Below, piece by piece: positions 1 to 16,259 of a DNA stretch of 64,000 nt (positions are counted from its first letter, which is position 1; every line of letters begins with the position of its first letter). This DNA is from the human T2T-CHM13v2.0 reference genome, Homo sapiens. Location: assembly GCF_009914755.1 (NCBI RefSeq), contig NC_060934.1; one strand, given 5' to 3'. Under the pieces are notes generated by a model. The model had not been told where the DNA came from and made no database searches. It was given only the letters and a program-made list of their open reading frames with translations. The position numbers and the translations under genes were made by a program.

Positions 1-146
1 AGAATTAAAGTAATTTAAAATTCAGAGTCTCAATGAATCTAAATATTTCAAGGGCTCAGTGGTCACACGTAACTGGTGGCCATCATATTGAACAGCACAG
101 AATGTTTATTTCCATCTTCTCAGAAATGTCTCTTGGACAGTGCTGC
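1..146. mobile_element. MER3/MER33-like hAT-Charlie MITE remnant, cut by window edge
   Basis: Motifs atttcaagggctcagtggtcacacgtaactggtggc and terminal ttggacagtgctg resemble the MER3 consensus. Confidence 0.7.
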
Positions 147-362
147 TCCAAATCAATATTCAAACCATAGCTGAGGATCACTTTTAGATGGGAAGATCAT
201 GAAACAGCAATTTAACCATTTATATAAAAAATCAGGCACAATTTAAAAAAAGAAAGATACAGTTGTGCAAAACAATTTATTCTCTTGCAACATAATACGA
301 TCAGAGACAACATTTTTTGTTATATACCAAAGAAAGAACACAACAAAACTTCCTAGATACAT

Positions 363-684
<322 letters not shown>

Positions 685-1061
685 TTAAGTGAGATAAGAA
701 AAACAAACCAACATCTTTTAAACAGGCATAGTTTTAGGAGATCTATGGTAAAGAGGCACCTCATAATGATAATAATTCTCAAATAGTACTCTAAAATTAA
801 CATAAATATTTTTATTTTCATATTGCTCCTTTGGTGTCTAATGAAAACACACATCAAAGGCCTGCAGTGTTATAATTTGGTATATCATTACACAACACAC
901 AAGGCAATCTCCAGCCAATCAGAAATGGGGCAAAGTACAGAAACCAGAAGCAAAGGGAATGGCACTAAATACAAACAGGGCCATGGGACAGATACTCATG
1001 GGACCCCTCTGGGCGTTCCAGCAGCTGGGGAAGCTTGTTTTTGCCTCTTAACAAGATCTGG

Positions 1062-1757
<696 letters not shown>

Positions 1758-2985
1758 GTGTTCTCTTTCTTGATGGCAGCAGAAGTATTGGCTTTTCCAG
1801 ACCTGGCTCTCTCTTGGCCCATTGCTGCCACTCTGTGGGCCTGGTCTGGAGCATGCCAGTGGCTTCACCAATGTGAGACAGTAGAGCGGTGAAGGTGACA
1901 CAGCCAGACAGAGCCGTGAACTGCACGCTGGTAAGATTTTAAGAATGGCCAGTTTGGTGGCTGAATTTCAGGGAAGAAACAGGTTTCTATCCTTGAGTCC
2001 CTTCACACCAACCTCAGTCTGGGTCTCTAGGTCTCTATTCCCCACCATGCCCCTATCACTTAATAGAATGACAAAATACAGAAGGGCCTAAAGGGGGACA
2101 GAGAGCTTGGGGTCTGCAGGTCTTCCCTGCCTCCTTCCACCTGCACGCAATCCAGTCTTCACCTGATTCTGAAAAGTGAATTCCCCATCCCCAGGGTGGC
2201 TTACCCAGAGGGCAACTTACAACACACAGACTCACAGAATCAGCTTCTCTCTTCTGAATATGGGCCAACAAGCATCTTGAAGATCCCTCTTCTGCACCAC
2301 CTGCATTCCCACATCGTGCTGGCTCTCCTGGTGGTCTGAGACCTGAAGAGCAGCCATTCAAAATCATATCAATCAATCTACAGATACTTAGCAGTGCCCA
2401 CTATGGATCTCAGCGCCTTGCCTTCATGGAGTTTCCAGATGGAAGCATTCTCCTCTGTTGAAATGCAAACAGCCGAGACTGAAGACTGACACAGAGTCGC
2501 TGAAAGCCCAAGCCATTGACAACTGACTAAAGCCTGGGAACCGCTGGGGAATGGGGAATGGAGAGGGAGTGGGTGGGGCTGGAGGAGCACGTGGTGGCCG
2601 TACTTGAGTGTGAACATCCAACAGTATTAGAAAAATGAAGAGGAGAGAAGGAAGGACCTTCTGGAAGCACAGCCATTGGTTTCAGCCTTCATTTCACCAT
2701 CAGGAAGCTTTGGGGGATTAACTAGAAGCACCTTTTCCTTCCTTTGTCTAACTCCTAGTTTTGTTCATTTTTTTCCCTAAACAATTAGGTGTGTTTCTAC
2801 CAAAAGAGTAACACTTAAAACATCTGTTAATTCTCTGAAATTCACATTTAAAAAAAATTTTTTTTTGTAGAAACACGTCTTGCTATGTTGCCCAGGCTGG
2901 TTGCAAACTCCTGGCCTTGCCAGACACGGTGGCTCATGCCTGTATTCACAGAATTTTAGGAGACCAAGGTGGGAGGATCACTTGA

Positions 2986-3520
<535 letters not shown>

Positions 3521-4525
3521 TAAAAAAAGAAAAAAAAATTAATTAGCTGGGTGTGTGTGCTGTAGTCCCAGCTACTCAGGAGACTGCAGGATTACTTGTG
3601 CCCAGGAGGTTGGTCAAGGCTGCAGTGTGCCACAATCACACCACTGCACTCCAGCCTGGGTAACAGAGCCAGAACCTGTCTTAAAAAAAAAAAAAAAAAA
3701 AAAAAAGAGAAGAGAAGAAGAACTCCCGGCCTTAAGCGATCCTCCCACCTCATCCTCCCAAAGCACTAGGATTACAGGTGTGAGCCACCACAGCTGCCCT
3801 GATATTCACATGTTAATATGCAATCCTAAAACAACAAATCTTCCTCTTTCTCATACTCTCCTCCTGAATATAAGCAGTGCATCCTTGGTGACACTGGTGT
3901 TCTCATGGTCTTAGGGAGAGGTGTCAGGGCAAAGTCAAAAGGCTGGGAGTTAACAGGCAAGCACTCTCTCGTCTTCTGGGCTAGATGGGAACAGTGTATT
4001 GAAAGAGATAAACAGGACTGAGCATGTTTCAAAGCTTGCAAGGCAAAGTAGGTAGGCTCAGCTACTGAGCTGCCCTGTGACTCCACCAGGATGACAGTTT
4101 TAATTGCACTTGCTGGATGAGCTAATTACGGTCAGGGAAAGTTAACACTGGGGTTGCAATGAGGGACACATTTTTTCTGGGAAATGCAGCACACAGGTGA
4201 CATCCTTATGCAATTCAAGTGTTTCTTCAAAGGTTTGGAAAGATATTTAAACCAAAAGAGTTCAAGATAAAGGGGAGGGAAAAAAGGGTATCTGTGTAGA
4301 ACTGTGAAGGTTGAGTGGTGAGCAGGAAGTGGAGTTCAAAAGAGGTAGAATAATAGCTCGCAAAAGGCAGCAATAAGTAGGAAAGAGCAATTAATCGGAT
4401 CAGTCTGTTAAGGCTCAAAACAGTCCGATAGAAAGACGACTTAATATCCTGATCCCCGAGTGAGGATCCCGAATCTTCCATATGACTAATAATTAAAGCC
4501 AGCTCTTGGAAAATGCATTCTTTAA

Positions 4526-5134
<609 letters not shown>

Positions 5135-5363
5135 ATTACACAACTTTTATACTCACAGGAACACACACACACTATCTCCACCAGGAATTTTGGCAGAAAC
5201 AGAACAGCTGGTAACACTACAGTGAGCAGAGGTCGAAAACCGGCCAGTTGTTTAGGATCTCAGAATAGAAAACAGAGACATGCATTCAGCCAGTTGCCCC
5301 CCAACAGCTATCACTCCAGGAGAACCCCGGACTACCATCTGGCCTTTGTCTGTAGTCAGACAA

Positions 5364-5675
5364 GGCTGGGCACAGTGGCTCATGCCTGTAATCCCAGCAT
5401 TTTGGGAGGCCAAGGTGAGAGGGAGGATCATTTAAGCCCAGAAGTTCAAGAACAGCCTGGGGAACATAGTGAGACCCCACTTTCTACCAAAAAAAAAAAT
5501 TAAAAATTAGCCAAGTCTGGTGGCATGTGCCTGTGCTCCTAGCAACTTGTGAGGCTGAGGTGGGAGGATCATTTGGGCCCAGTAGGTCAAGGCTGCAGTG
5601 AGCCATGATTACACCATAGTACTCCAGCCTGGATGATAGACTAAGACCCTGTCTCAAGAAAAAAAAAAAAAAAAT
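5364..5675 (+). mobile_element. AluJ, followed by a short Alu left-arm fragment (about 5676-5725)
   Basis: ggctgggcacagtggctcatgcc start, aggtcaaggctgcagtgagcc, A tail; flanking agacaa duplicated. Confidence 0.9.
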
Positions 5676-6257
5676 AGACAAGCATGGGCAACATAGTGAG
5701 ATCCCATCTCTAAAATAATAAAATAGTTACTAGACCAGCCATGTTGAATGTTGAAGATTGCTTGATTTTTGTTTCATGCAGGTTTTAAATTAGATAATAG
5801 ATCCATCTTCACCTCTGGGAAGGTGAGATATTCAAGTTTTGGGACCAAGAATAAAATGAGTGAGAAATAGCCAATGAAGTTCATGGTATTGGCTGTTGAG
5901 AAATGAAAAGATTATAAAAGGGGTTTTTTCCTTTTTTGAAGGAGGACTTTAGTCTCTGATTCCAGCAATAGTCACCAGTTCTTCTCCCCCTTCAATAGGA
6001 AGAAAGGAAACATAAAATGGCCCTAACGTTAGGAAGAAACAACAGAAGATGTGTTGTACTGTTGATGGGGTAAGGAAAATGCAGCAGCTGAAGGGAAACA
6101 GCTGACTGCATCTCCAGGGACAATAACTGAGGACAGCTGAGAGCAAGGTACCTGGCAGAGGCCAACACCAAAGCCCTGAAGAGTCCGGGGGGCAGAAGAA
6201 GACCTCAGGTCACTGCTTCATACCCATCCCAATCACCGTTACCATGCGTGGGGGTCA

Positions 6258-6312
6258 GGGGCCAGGCCTCACACTCCAGAGACTGATTCAGTAGATCTGG
6301 GTGGGGCCGAAG
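6258..6312. mobile_element. MER5A-like fragment
   Basis: ccagagactgattcagtagatctgggtggggcc matches the MER5A core. Confidence 0.55.
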
Positions 6313-6459
6313 AGACTTATTCACTATCACGAAAACAGCACGGGAAAGAGCCAACCCCATGATTCAATGACCTCCCACTGGGTCCCTCACACGATATGTG
6401 GAAATTGTGGGAGCTACAATTCAAGATGAGATTTGGGTGGGGACACAGCCAAACCATAT
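6312..6459 (-). mobile_element. THE1 LTR fragment (5' about 150 bp only)
   Basis: gagacttattcactatcac ... gggacacagccaaaccatat; no TSD or 3' part seen. Confidence 0.88.
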
Positions 6460-6886
6460 TGCTCCTGGTGCTAGTACTGTGGGTACTAGCACCTTTTCAC
6501 ATTTCTCCAAGAGCCCCTGGTTAATATTCAAGAGACTGGACTTTTATAGGGAATTTAGTCTCCATTTTTCTTCACTGGCAGTACAGTGGCATCATCTGTC
6601 AGGCCTCTTAGTAGAAGATGGTGCTGGCCTCCTTGCAGGTGAGGAGAATGTGACCGTCCCATGGGGCCTATGTTCTCAAGAATCAGGAGAGGAGACCCAT
6701 TTGCTGAGTGTTGGTTCTTTGTGACAGAATCATCTCTACCGAGGGCCACATTAGGAAAATTTGGGGACATGGTTCATATATACATATAGCTTTTTGGACC
6801 CTTTGCTAAAGTAAGAAAAACACTTGTTATTCTATTATTCCACTTTTTCATGTTCTCAGTCTATAAGACATAACTCCAGATACCCC

Positions 6887-7249
6887 TTATTAGTCTGTTA
6901 TCACACTGCTAATAAAGACATACCTGAGACTGCGTGATTTATAAAGGAAAGAGGTGAAATGGACTCAAAGTTCCACATGGCTAGGGAGGCCTCACAATCA
7001 TGGTAGAAGGCAAGGAGGAACAAGTCACATGAATGACGGCAGGCAAACAGAGAGAGCTTGTGCAGGGAAACTCCTCCTTATAAAATCATCAGATCTTCTG
7101 AGACGTATTCACTATCATGAGAAAAGCACGGGAAAGACCTGCCCCCATGATTCAATGACCTCCCACTGGGTCTCTCCCAAGACACGTGGAAATTGTGGGA
7201 GCTAGAATTCAAGATGAGATCTGGGTAAGGACACAGCCAAACCATATCA
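6887..7249 (-). mobile_element. THE1B-like solo LTR
   Basis: tattagtctgtt ... ccaaaccatatca, both ends present. Confidence 0.92.
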
Positions 7250-8647
7250 CTCCTGCATATTATACCAGGACTTAATTCCTACTCTTCTTCACAAGCAGTG
7301 GTTTATCTCCAGGCCTACTAAAAGTCCTTGGAGACTTTTGAACACCCATTCAGAGAACGGAGAATCACACTAGTCTGGAAGGAAAACAGACTTTCAGACA
7401 CATTGGCTTTGTTTGGCGTTGAACTTGATTTGGTGATGACAGGCTCAGGTGCTCCCAAAGGGAAATTGCAAGGATATACACAATACTTTTAACTGAAAAA
7501 CTCAGTGACTCTCAGGCAGGTTTATGGTGTTTACACACCTAAAAATTGTGTCCCCAGGTGATCTGAGCAAGGCAACCACTTTAACCATTGGTTGAAAAGC
7601 CTCCCTTCCACTGCGAAACCATTTCAGCACTTGTTCATTAAATTTGAAACATCAAAGAGGATTTGCAAATCTGGAAAACATTTATGAAAAATTTAAATGG
7701 GGTGTCACTTTGGCAGTGTAAGTGGCATGAACTGTTTGATTTTCAACTATTTACAGATGTTTCTGACTCTGGAATTAACATGTATATTTTCCAGGAGAAA
7801 TTTTGTATGCAAAGTTTTGACCAAATTTGCCTGAGAGAGGAAAATTAGTTTAAGTCTATATAGTGTGGAACCGTTCCCCTGTGTGTCATACGTTTGTCTC
7901 TTTGGGCACATATGAGAAAAGAGAAACTTTTCTTATATTATAGCTCTTGATATCAGAATTTCTGCATGAGAAGATTTAAAAACTTAATGTTCTATCCTCA
8001 TTTTTGTTTGGGATTCATGAGTTCCAAATTTAACACATCCTTTCTTTCCTGGTTCAAATTTATGCTTGGGAGCTTTCTTTAAATAACTATGTGGAAACTG
8101 GTCACATAAGACAATGTGAACTGAGAACATATTTGGCCCTCTGCAAGTCTGGAAGTTTTCTCAAATATTGTTTTCCTGCCTTGGAGTCCAGTAAATGAAT
8201 CTTTCTGTGACTCAGAGCTTCAACCCTTGGGAAAAGAAGGGAGAAAGTTCAGGGTTTTGCCTGGAATATTTTGAAATATTAAGCATTTTCTGTAGTTCAC
8301 ATTTGAGTTATCATTTATGTCACTTTTTACTCCTAAAATGACTTGATGTGACTTACAAAAGTACATACAATACTTTAAAAAGCAAGCCAAAAAATGGGGG
8401 AAAAGAAAAAATAATTGTCATATGTATATTTCACTACAGGTTGGCTGCATTTTGGGACCTGAATTTTCTACAGCCAACCCAGAAAAGAAAACTCTTTTTG
8501 AAACTATTAGAAATAAAGAAAATCAATTGCTCAAGAGAAGTAAGACTAGTCCTGGGACTAAGACCTAAGTAAAATTTTTTACATGGGTCAACTTACTCTA
8601 TAACATTCTCAACAACTTTCTTACATAGCATAATAATAAGTCTTAAT

Positions 8648-9250
8648 TTATATATATAAACATATACATTTTAGAGATATAGATACATATTTTAGAATCT
8701 CTAACATATATGTAATAGATATCTATTACATATATAGATCTATATTATATACTATATATTATAGATTATATTATATATTACATATAGATTATCTATTACA
8801 TATATAGATCTATATTTTACATATAATATATTATAGATCTATATCAGATATAGATCTATAATATATAATAGATATCTATTACATGTATATGTATCTCTAA
8901 TATATGTATATTTTAGAAACCCTATCTCTACTAGAGATATATATGTACACATATTTCACCATGTTGCCCAGGCTGGTCTTGATTGGATCATAGGGGCAGA
9001 TTTATTAGAGATATATATTTATAATTCTATTTTATATATATAAAATATATATTAGATAGATATCTAGAGATATATAATATATATATATTAGAGATGGGGT
9101 TTCTAAAATATATACTATATATATTATATATATAATATATATGTGTATGTATATATTCACACACACACACATTTCACCATGTTGCCCAGGCTGGTCTTGA
9201 TTGGATCATAGAGGCAGATTTATTACAGATATACATCTAGAGATATAGAT
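8648..9250. repeat. AT-rich low-complexity tract with palindromes and scrambled Alu pieces
   Basis: TA-rich runs, repeated atctattacatatatagatctatat, duplicated atttcaccatgttgcccaggctggtcttga. Confidence 0.85.
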
Positions 9251-9259
9251 TTTTTGCAT

Positions 9260-9329
9260 TCTCAATCCTCCTGCCTCAGCCTCCCAAAATGCTGAGATTA
9301 CAGGCATGAGCCACCCAGCATGCCTGGTC
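9260..9329 (-). mobile_element. Alu left-arm 5' fragment
   Basis: aatcctcctgcctcagcctcccaaaatgctgagattacaggcatgagccacc. Confidence 0.85.
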
Positions 9330-9934
9330 AATAATGAATTTTAAAAGACTGAGTTCTATACACCTCTCAACAAAGTCCAGTGTCTCAACCCTGAAAAAGA
9401 GCTCTGTCGAGCATTGCAATGAAGGGGCAGAATGGTGCATTCCAGGAAATCAGCTGTACCCTAGGCTGATCTAATTGAAGAAGAAAATTTTGTGTATGTA
9501 GCAAACTAGATAGACTGCATACCCTTCAGGTAATCTTTCCTACTTATTATTATTTTGAAACCAAGCTTTTGAAAAATGTTGAACGATGTCCCACAGTCCT
9601 CCTCCTGCATATCACTTGGGGACCTATTTAAAAACGCATCACCCCAAGGGTAACATATCAGAATTTCTGAGTGAATATCCTAGTATCTGTAAAGCTCCTT
9701 TGGGCAGCTAGAGTTGGTTACCATCGTTGCTAAGTATTTGACCCTGTTAGCTTATTGTTTATGTGCTTCCTCCACTGCCTTCTGTGACTCTGAACCCTCT
9801 TGGCTTGTTTCTTTACTTTTCTCAAAGGTACTTCTCAGATGCTGCCACTTATTCTCGTGCCCTAAATAGTTGTGACATTTTCTTAGTTTTGTTCTTCAGT
9901 TTCACACTCAGTGACACAAACAGGTATATACAGT

Positions 9935-10681
<747 letters not shown>

Positions 10682-10895
10682 ACATTTAACCAGCCCACCA
10701 AAAATTTTGCTCTTTAAAGCTACCTTTCCCTAGCCACAGTATATTCTCACTTGCCTGGCAGACATCATCACATGAATCTCCTAACAGTCTTTTAAACCCA
10801 AACCCATGGGTTTACTCATGTCTCTTTAAAAGAGATTCTCTCTTCTTCTTAATCAGCTTCATTATCACCAATACCCTTCGTGTTATACAGATTTG

Positions 10896-11030
10896 TTCTT
10901 GTTTTTGTTTTTTAGAGACAGAGCTTCTCTCTGTTGCCCAAGCTGGAGTGCAGTGGTGCCATCATAGCTCACTGCAGCCTTGAATTCCTGGGCTCAAGCA
11001 ATCTTCCCACCTCAGCATCCAGAGTAGTTC
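10896..11030 (-). mobile_element. Alu right-arm fragment (AluJ/FRAM)
   Basis: gagacagagcttctctctgttgcccaagctggagtgcagtgg ... ctcctgggctcaagc-like. Confidence 0.85.
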
Positions 11031-11039
11031 TGCAAATTT

Positions 11040-11600
11040 GAAACCTCAAAGTCAATGTTCTTGCTCTCTTGGCCTTACCACTGTTTTCAATCAACTGCCA
11101 AGTCCTCGTAATGACATTTCTAAAATCAATTTCATATCTTGGTCTTCACTGTCTTCTCTCAGCTACTGCCCTATGTTGGGTTATCATTGCATGTCACCTG
11201 GAATTATTGGACTCTGTAATATCCTTTTAGTCTAGACAAATTGAAAAGAGTTGGAATAGTTTGGTTAGAATTAAGTTCTAGATTCCTAAGGCACACCTCT
11301 AACCTTAAAATTCTTGTTTTCTTTTACTCATCAGAATAAGTGCTATGCCTTTGGAACTCTCTTTGGCTTCCCAAACATCCTGGCCCCCTACAGTTTCTGA
11401 ACTTTCCCATCTCTTTGCCAATGTGCATATTGTCTCCTCCAGTGGAAATATCTCTCTGCTCCCCCGCAAAATGAGGTCCAAAGCCCACCTATTCTTCAGG
11501 GCCAGTCAACTGTGTATTCCATACACTAATTAAAATAATGTCATTTCCAAAATTGGAATTCAATTAATGTTGAATGAATAAGTGAAAAGATGAATGAATA
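11040..11600 (+). mobile_element. Degraded L2 3' remnants
   Basis: caatcaactgccaagtcct, ctactgccct ... tcacctgga and a gttgaatgaat-type tail; boundaries approximate. Confidence 0.45.
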
Positions 11601-12790
11601 TTTATTTCAGAATTTTCTCTTGGCTGCATCATCCAGAGAAGTAAGACTTTATTTTTTTTTGTTTCGTTAGTTCCCATTTATTTGACTCAGTCTTTTTTGG
11701 CAGGGGTAGGGGGAGTCTTTTTGGCCTGATTTGGCACTTCTTTATCACCAAAGAGAAAAAGCAACCCTACTCGGGAAGTAGAAAACCTTTCAAGTAAGCC
11801 CCATGTCGTGTCCTCTTAAAGAGACCTTGTTTCACACCATGAATCAGAGCCTCTGTGAGGGGCAAGCTGAGGCATGACACAGGGAAATGCACAGGATAGG
11901 AATTTGCTCAGGATTGTGGGCTGCACGAGAGCAATAGCCCAGTTAGGAAAGAAGCACCAGGGCTTGGGAGCATGCCTTGCTCTTCACCTGCCTGTTATTA
12001 TGGGTGCAATGACACCACGGGACGCTATGATTTATCAGAGAAAAATCGCCTGGTAATAGGAGTAGAACTAGCCCTCATTAAGATGAAACAGTGTCTGATA
12101 TCCTTGAGTCAGACAAAAGAGAATATGAAATTGATGTGGTCAGCATTACTGCCAGGCTGCATTTGAAAAGAATCAAACCAAGTGGCAATTGATAGCACTT
12201 CAGGAGGAAAAAGACCTGCAGATGAAACAGAAGCATGTTGAATGTAAACTTCTAGTTTTAAATGCATTAAAATACAACTTTACATTTTATTTCCTTCCAC
12301 AGTGAGATCATTCAGAACCAATCTATAAAAGGAACAAGGTGTATACATTTAATATGCTCTTGCTGAAGCCCTACAGCAAAGGGTGGTGGTAGGATTAATT
12401 TAATGACCAAACTGTCAACCTCTTGAAATAAGTATGGGCATGTTTCTAGTGCTGGAAAGACCAAAAGTGCTTCATGAAAGGCGGCTAGGCATGGGGAGTG
12501 GGGTCAGCTGGTGACACTTGACTTGGAGAGTATCACTGTCCCTGGCCAAAGCCCTCCAAGGTCTTTAACTATTAAATAAAGGGGTTCGGAGTGCTCTGAT
12601 GTTAATTTGTTTCTTGCTACCTCCTAAAACTGTGGGTAAGGTGAATACATTTGTTTAGAATGCCTCTTAGCTAGTGAGCCAGGCCATCTGTAAATAGGAA
12701 AGTTTTCTTGCACAGGAAAGTCTACCTTATCAAGTTGCTTTAAAGAAGAGAGTCAACATGCTTGTGTTGGAAAAGCAAGTGGTAGACTTT

Positions 12791-13556
<766 letters not shown>

Positions 13557-16096
13557 TAGCATTGCTTGTTATGGTTTATGTATTGATTAACTGAAGAAAA
13601 CTTGGTGATCACTTCTTTTATCCAACAAAAATATCTCTATTCATGCTTTCCATTCACATCCTGCAAAGGCACTACCCCTCTTCTCCTACCCAGAGGCCCA
13701 TCTCCAACCTTTCATCCCTCAGTCTTTGATCTCCTTCCCTGCCCTCATCACATTTTTGGAAACAACCAAAGGGAAGCTTTGAGCTAAGGAAGAAGTTTCT
13801 AAGGCCTTGGAAATGCAGCAGAGGTCAAATCTATTCTGGGGCCCTTACCTTGAGGGCCTGGCATGGGAGAGAGGAAGTTTCCACTGCTCCCTCCTGGCTA
13901 CGATGCCCTTTCTCCCTTCTCTTAGGGGTTAATCACTTTTAAAGTGAGAAACTTATAGAATTGAAATAATGTGGGGCCATATTTTAAAAAGCATTAGCAC
14001 AGACAATGTCTTAATTTTAAAAACTTCAAGTGAGATACATGTATATGTGGTAGAGATGACATTGTTTAAATATAAACTTCTTCTTGTTGGACGATTTTGC
14101 TAGAGCAGAACGTTGTATGGAACAGATCTTCAGAGAGCATCCTCCAGTTGGACAGACAGCTCTTCTTCAGCCAACTATGACAGTAATAATAAAGGGTGCA
14201 GTTCTGTGCTGTGGGAAAAGGCAAAGTAAACAAAAAAGTGCACTATGTTCCTTACAGAGCTTTGCTTTGAAACATGACCCATCATCATTGCAAAGGAGGG
14301 AAATAATTTCCCACCCTTCAGAAACCTCCCTCATTTGAACTTAAAATTAGGAAACAATGAGCTTTTCTGATTTTAATTTTACTTTGTCAAATAAATAAAT
14401 TTGTCCAACAGGGCAAAGGGACGACGTGATTACAAACAAAACCACATTGAACTGGCCATGTGAAGTCTCAGGACTCCATGAGTCAGCTCCTAAAGCTTTA
14501 TGATCCAGCTTTCCTTACCTGCAAGGTGAGATTCCAAAAGCTGACGTCCCATACATTGAGAAAAGTTCTCCAGTAACAACCAAAAGAAAGTTTCTGAACT
14601 TTGTGAATACATAGTTCAAATCACAGCATTTATACTACTTTAAGGAACTTTCTTAAGAGACTCATGTTTTTAGCTTTGGCCCTCCTGCTAATTTTTTTCT
14701 AAGAAGAATTGCAACAGAAGACAATAGGATTAAAAAACAAAATATTTTCCAAATCCTAGAGCCAACATAAATATGGTGTGTGTGATGTGTGGCAGGATGA
14801 GAGGAAAAAAAGGTCATTTGGACCTGCTCCAGACCCTTTGGCCAACCTAGAAGGTTATTTTACCAGTCCAGGGGAAATGGCAGAGTTTACCCCAGAATCA
14901 ATACTGGGGTCAGAAAACAAAAAAAGCACTGCAAAAAAAATAATAATCCTTTAATTTTTGCTGTGAAAAATGAACACTTCTTTTCTCTATATTAAGCATA
15001 CAGCAAAAAGTAATTAGTTAATGAATTATATGTTTATGAATTAAAAGGAGTTTTTGTATGTGAGTTAGGAAAAAAGATTTGGAAAACCACAAACAGAAGA
15101 ACGATCATTTCACTTAATATAATTCCCTTTCCCACCCATTTCTCACAATCATGTACTCTTGATATATTTAATCTTTTGCAATGGTTCCCATGGCAACTCC
15201 TCCTGGTAGTGGCAGAGCTGAAGGCTACTGTGGTCTTGAAACCCGGCCCTGCCCTGAGAAGGTTTTTTTTTTTCCTTTTCTCTCTTTTCATTTATTTGTT
15301 TATATTAAACCTTGGGTATCTTAGAACTCTCCTTGCATTGACCATCAGAATCATGCCAGAGATGAGAACATGAGATTTTTTTAAGGACAAAAGATGTGTT
15401 GCTTTTGTTTTGTTTTTGTTTTTTACAGTTTTCAAAGCAGTTTTCAAAGATTCATTTAAATCTGTCCTCTCCATCACCACTTAAAACCTCCTTAACAGCA
15501 TGTATGAACATGAGGAGGTGCACTTTAAGGAGTATTAATTAAAATGTGTCCCTAAAGACTGAAAACATTACCTCAGGAACACAAGATACTGGAAGTCCCT
15601 GGTGTAAAAATTCGTGGGTGGCACATGCGGGGTCTGCCATGGCAGCTTTGAGGTGGTGTAATGCTTAAGAATTCGAATGGTAGGACATGCTTCTCATTTC
15701 CTTCCTGCAATTTGTTTCTCTGCCCCCAGATAATACCAGCTCTGAGAAGTGGGCTCAGGGACTACAAAATCAAATATTATTATTAATCACTGTAATTACT
15801 TTTCTTGGCCCAACTGTGGAGCTGGGAAGCAAACCAAATTCTCTTGAGTGCAGTCTTAACTAAAACATGTTGCTGGGCCACTATTACCTCATTCTTAGTC
15901 ATCTTAAACTAGAAAGAATATTACTACAAATTATTTTTTCTGAAATATAATTGTGCTTGTTTATTTACATACATTCCACTCATAAAACACAAGGTTTAAG
16001 GCATTTCTCCCTAAAGACCAAGAAAAACCTCATCTCTAATTCTCAAATGTACAAAAAACTTCAACATAAACAAAATTACTTTAAAAGTTATCCCTA

Positions 16097-16258
16097 GAGC
16101 CAGGCATGGTGGCCTGTAATACCAGCTACTCAGGAGGCTGAGATAGGAGGATCTCTTGAGCCCAGGAGTTTGACACTATAATGTCCTATGATGATAACTG
16201 TGCATAGCTGCTGCCTGGGCAAGATAGCCAGATCCTGTCCCCGAAATTTAAAAGAAAA
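16097..16258 (+). mobile_element. FAM-like fossil Alu monomer
   Basis: Monomer with ctatgatgataactgtgcatagc segment resembling FAM gctatgatcgcgcctgtgaatagcc. Confidence 0.75.
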
Positions 16259-16259
16259 A

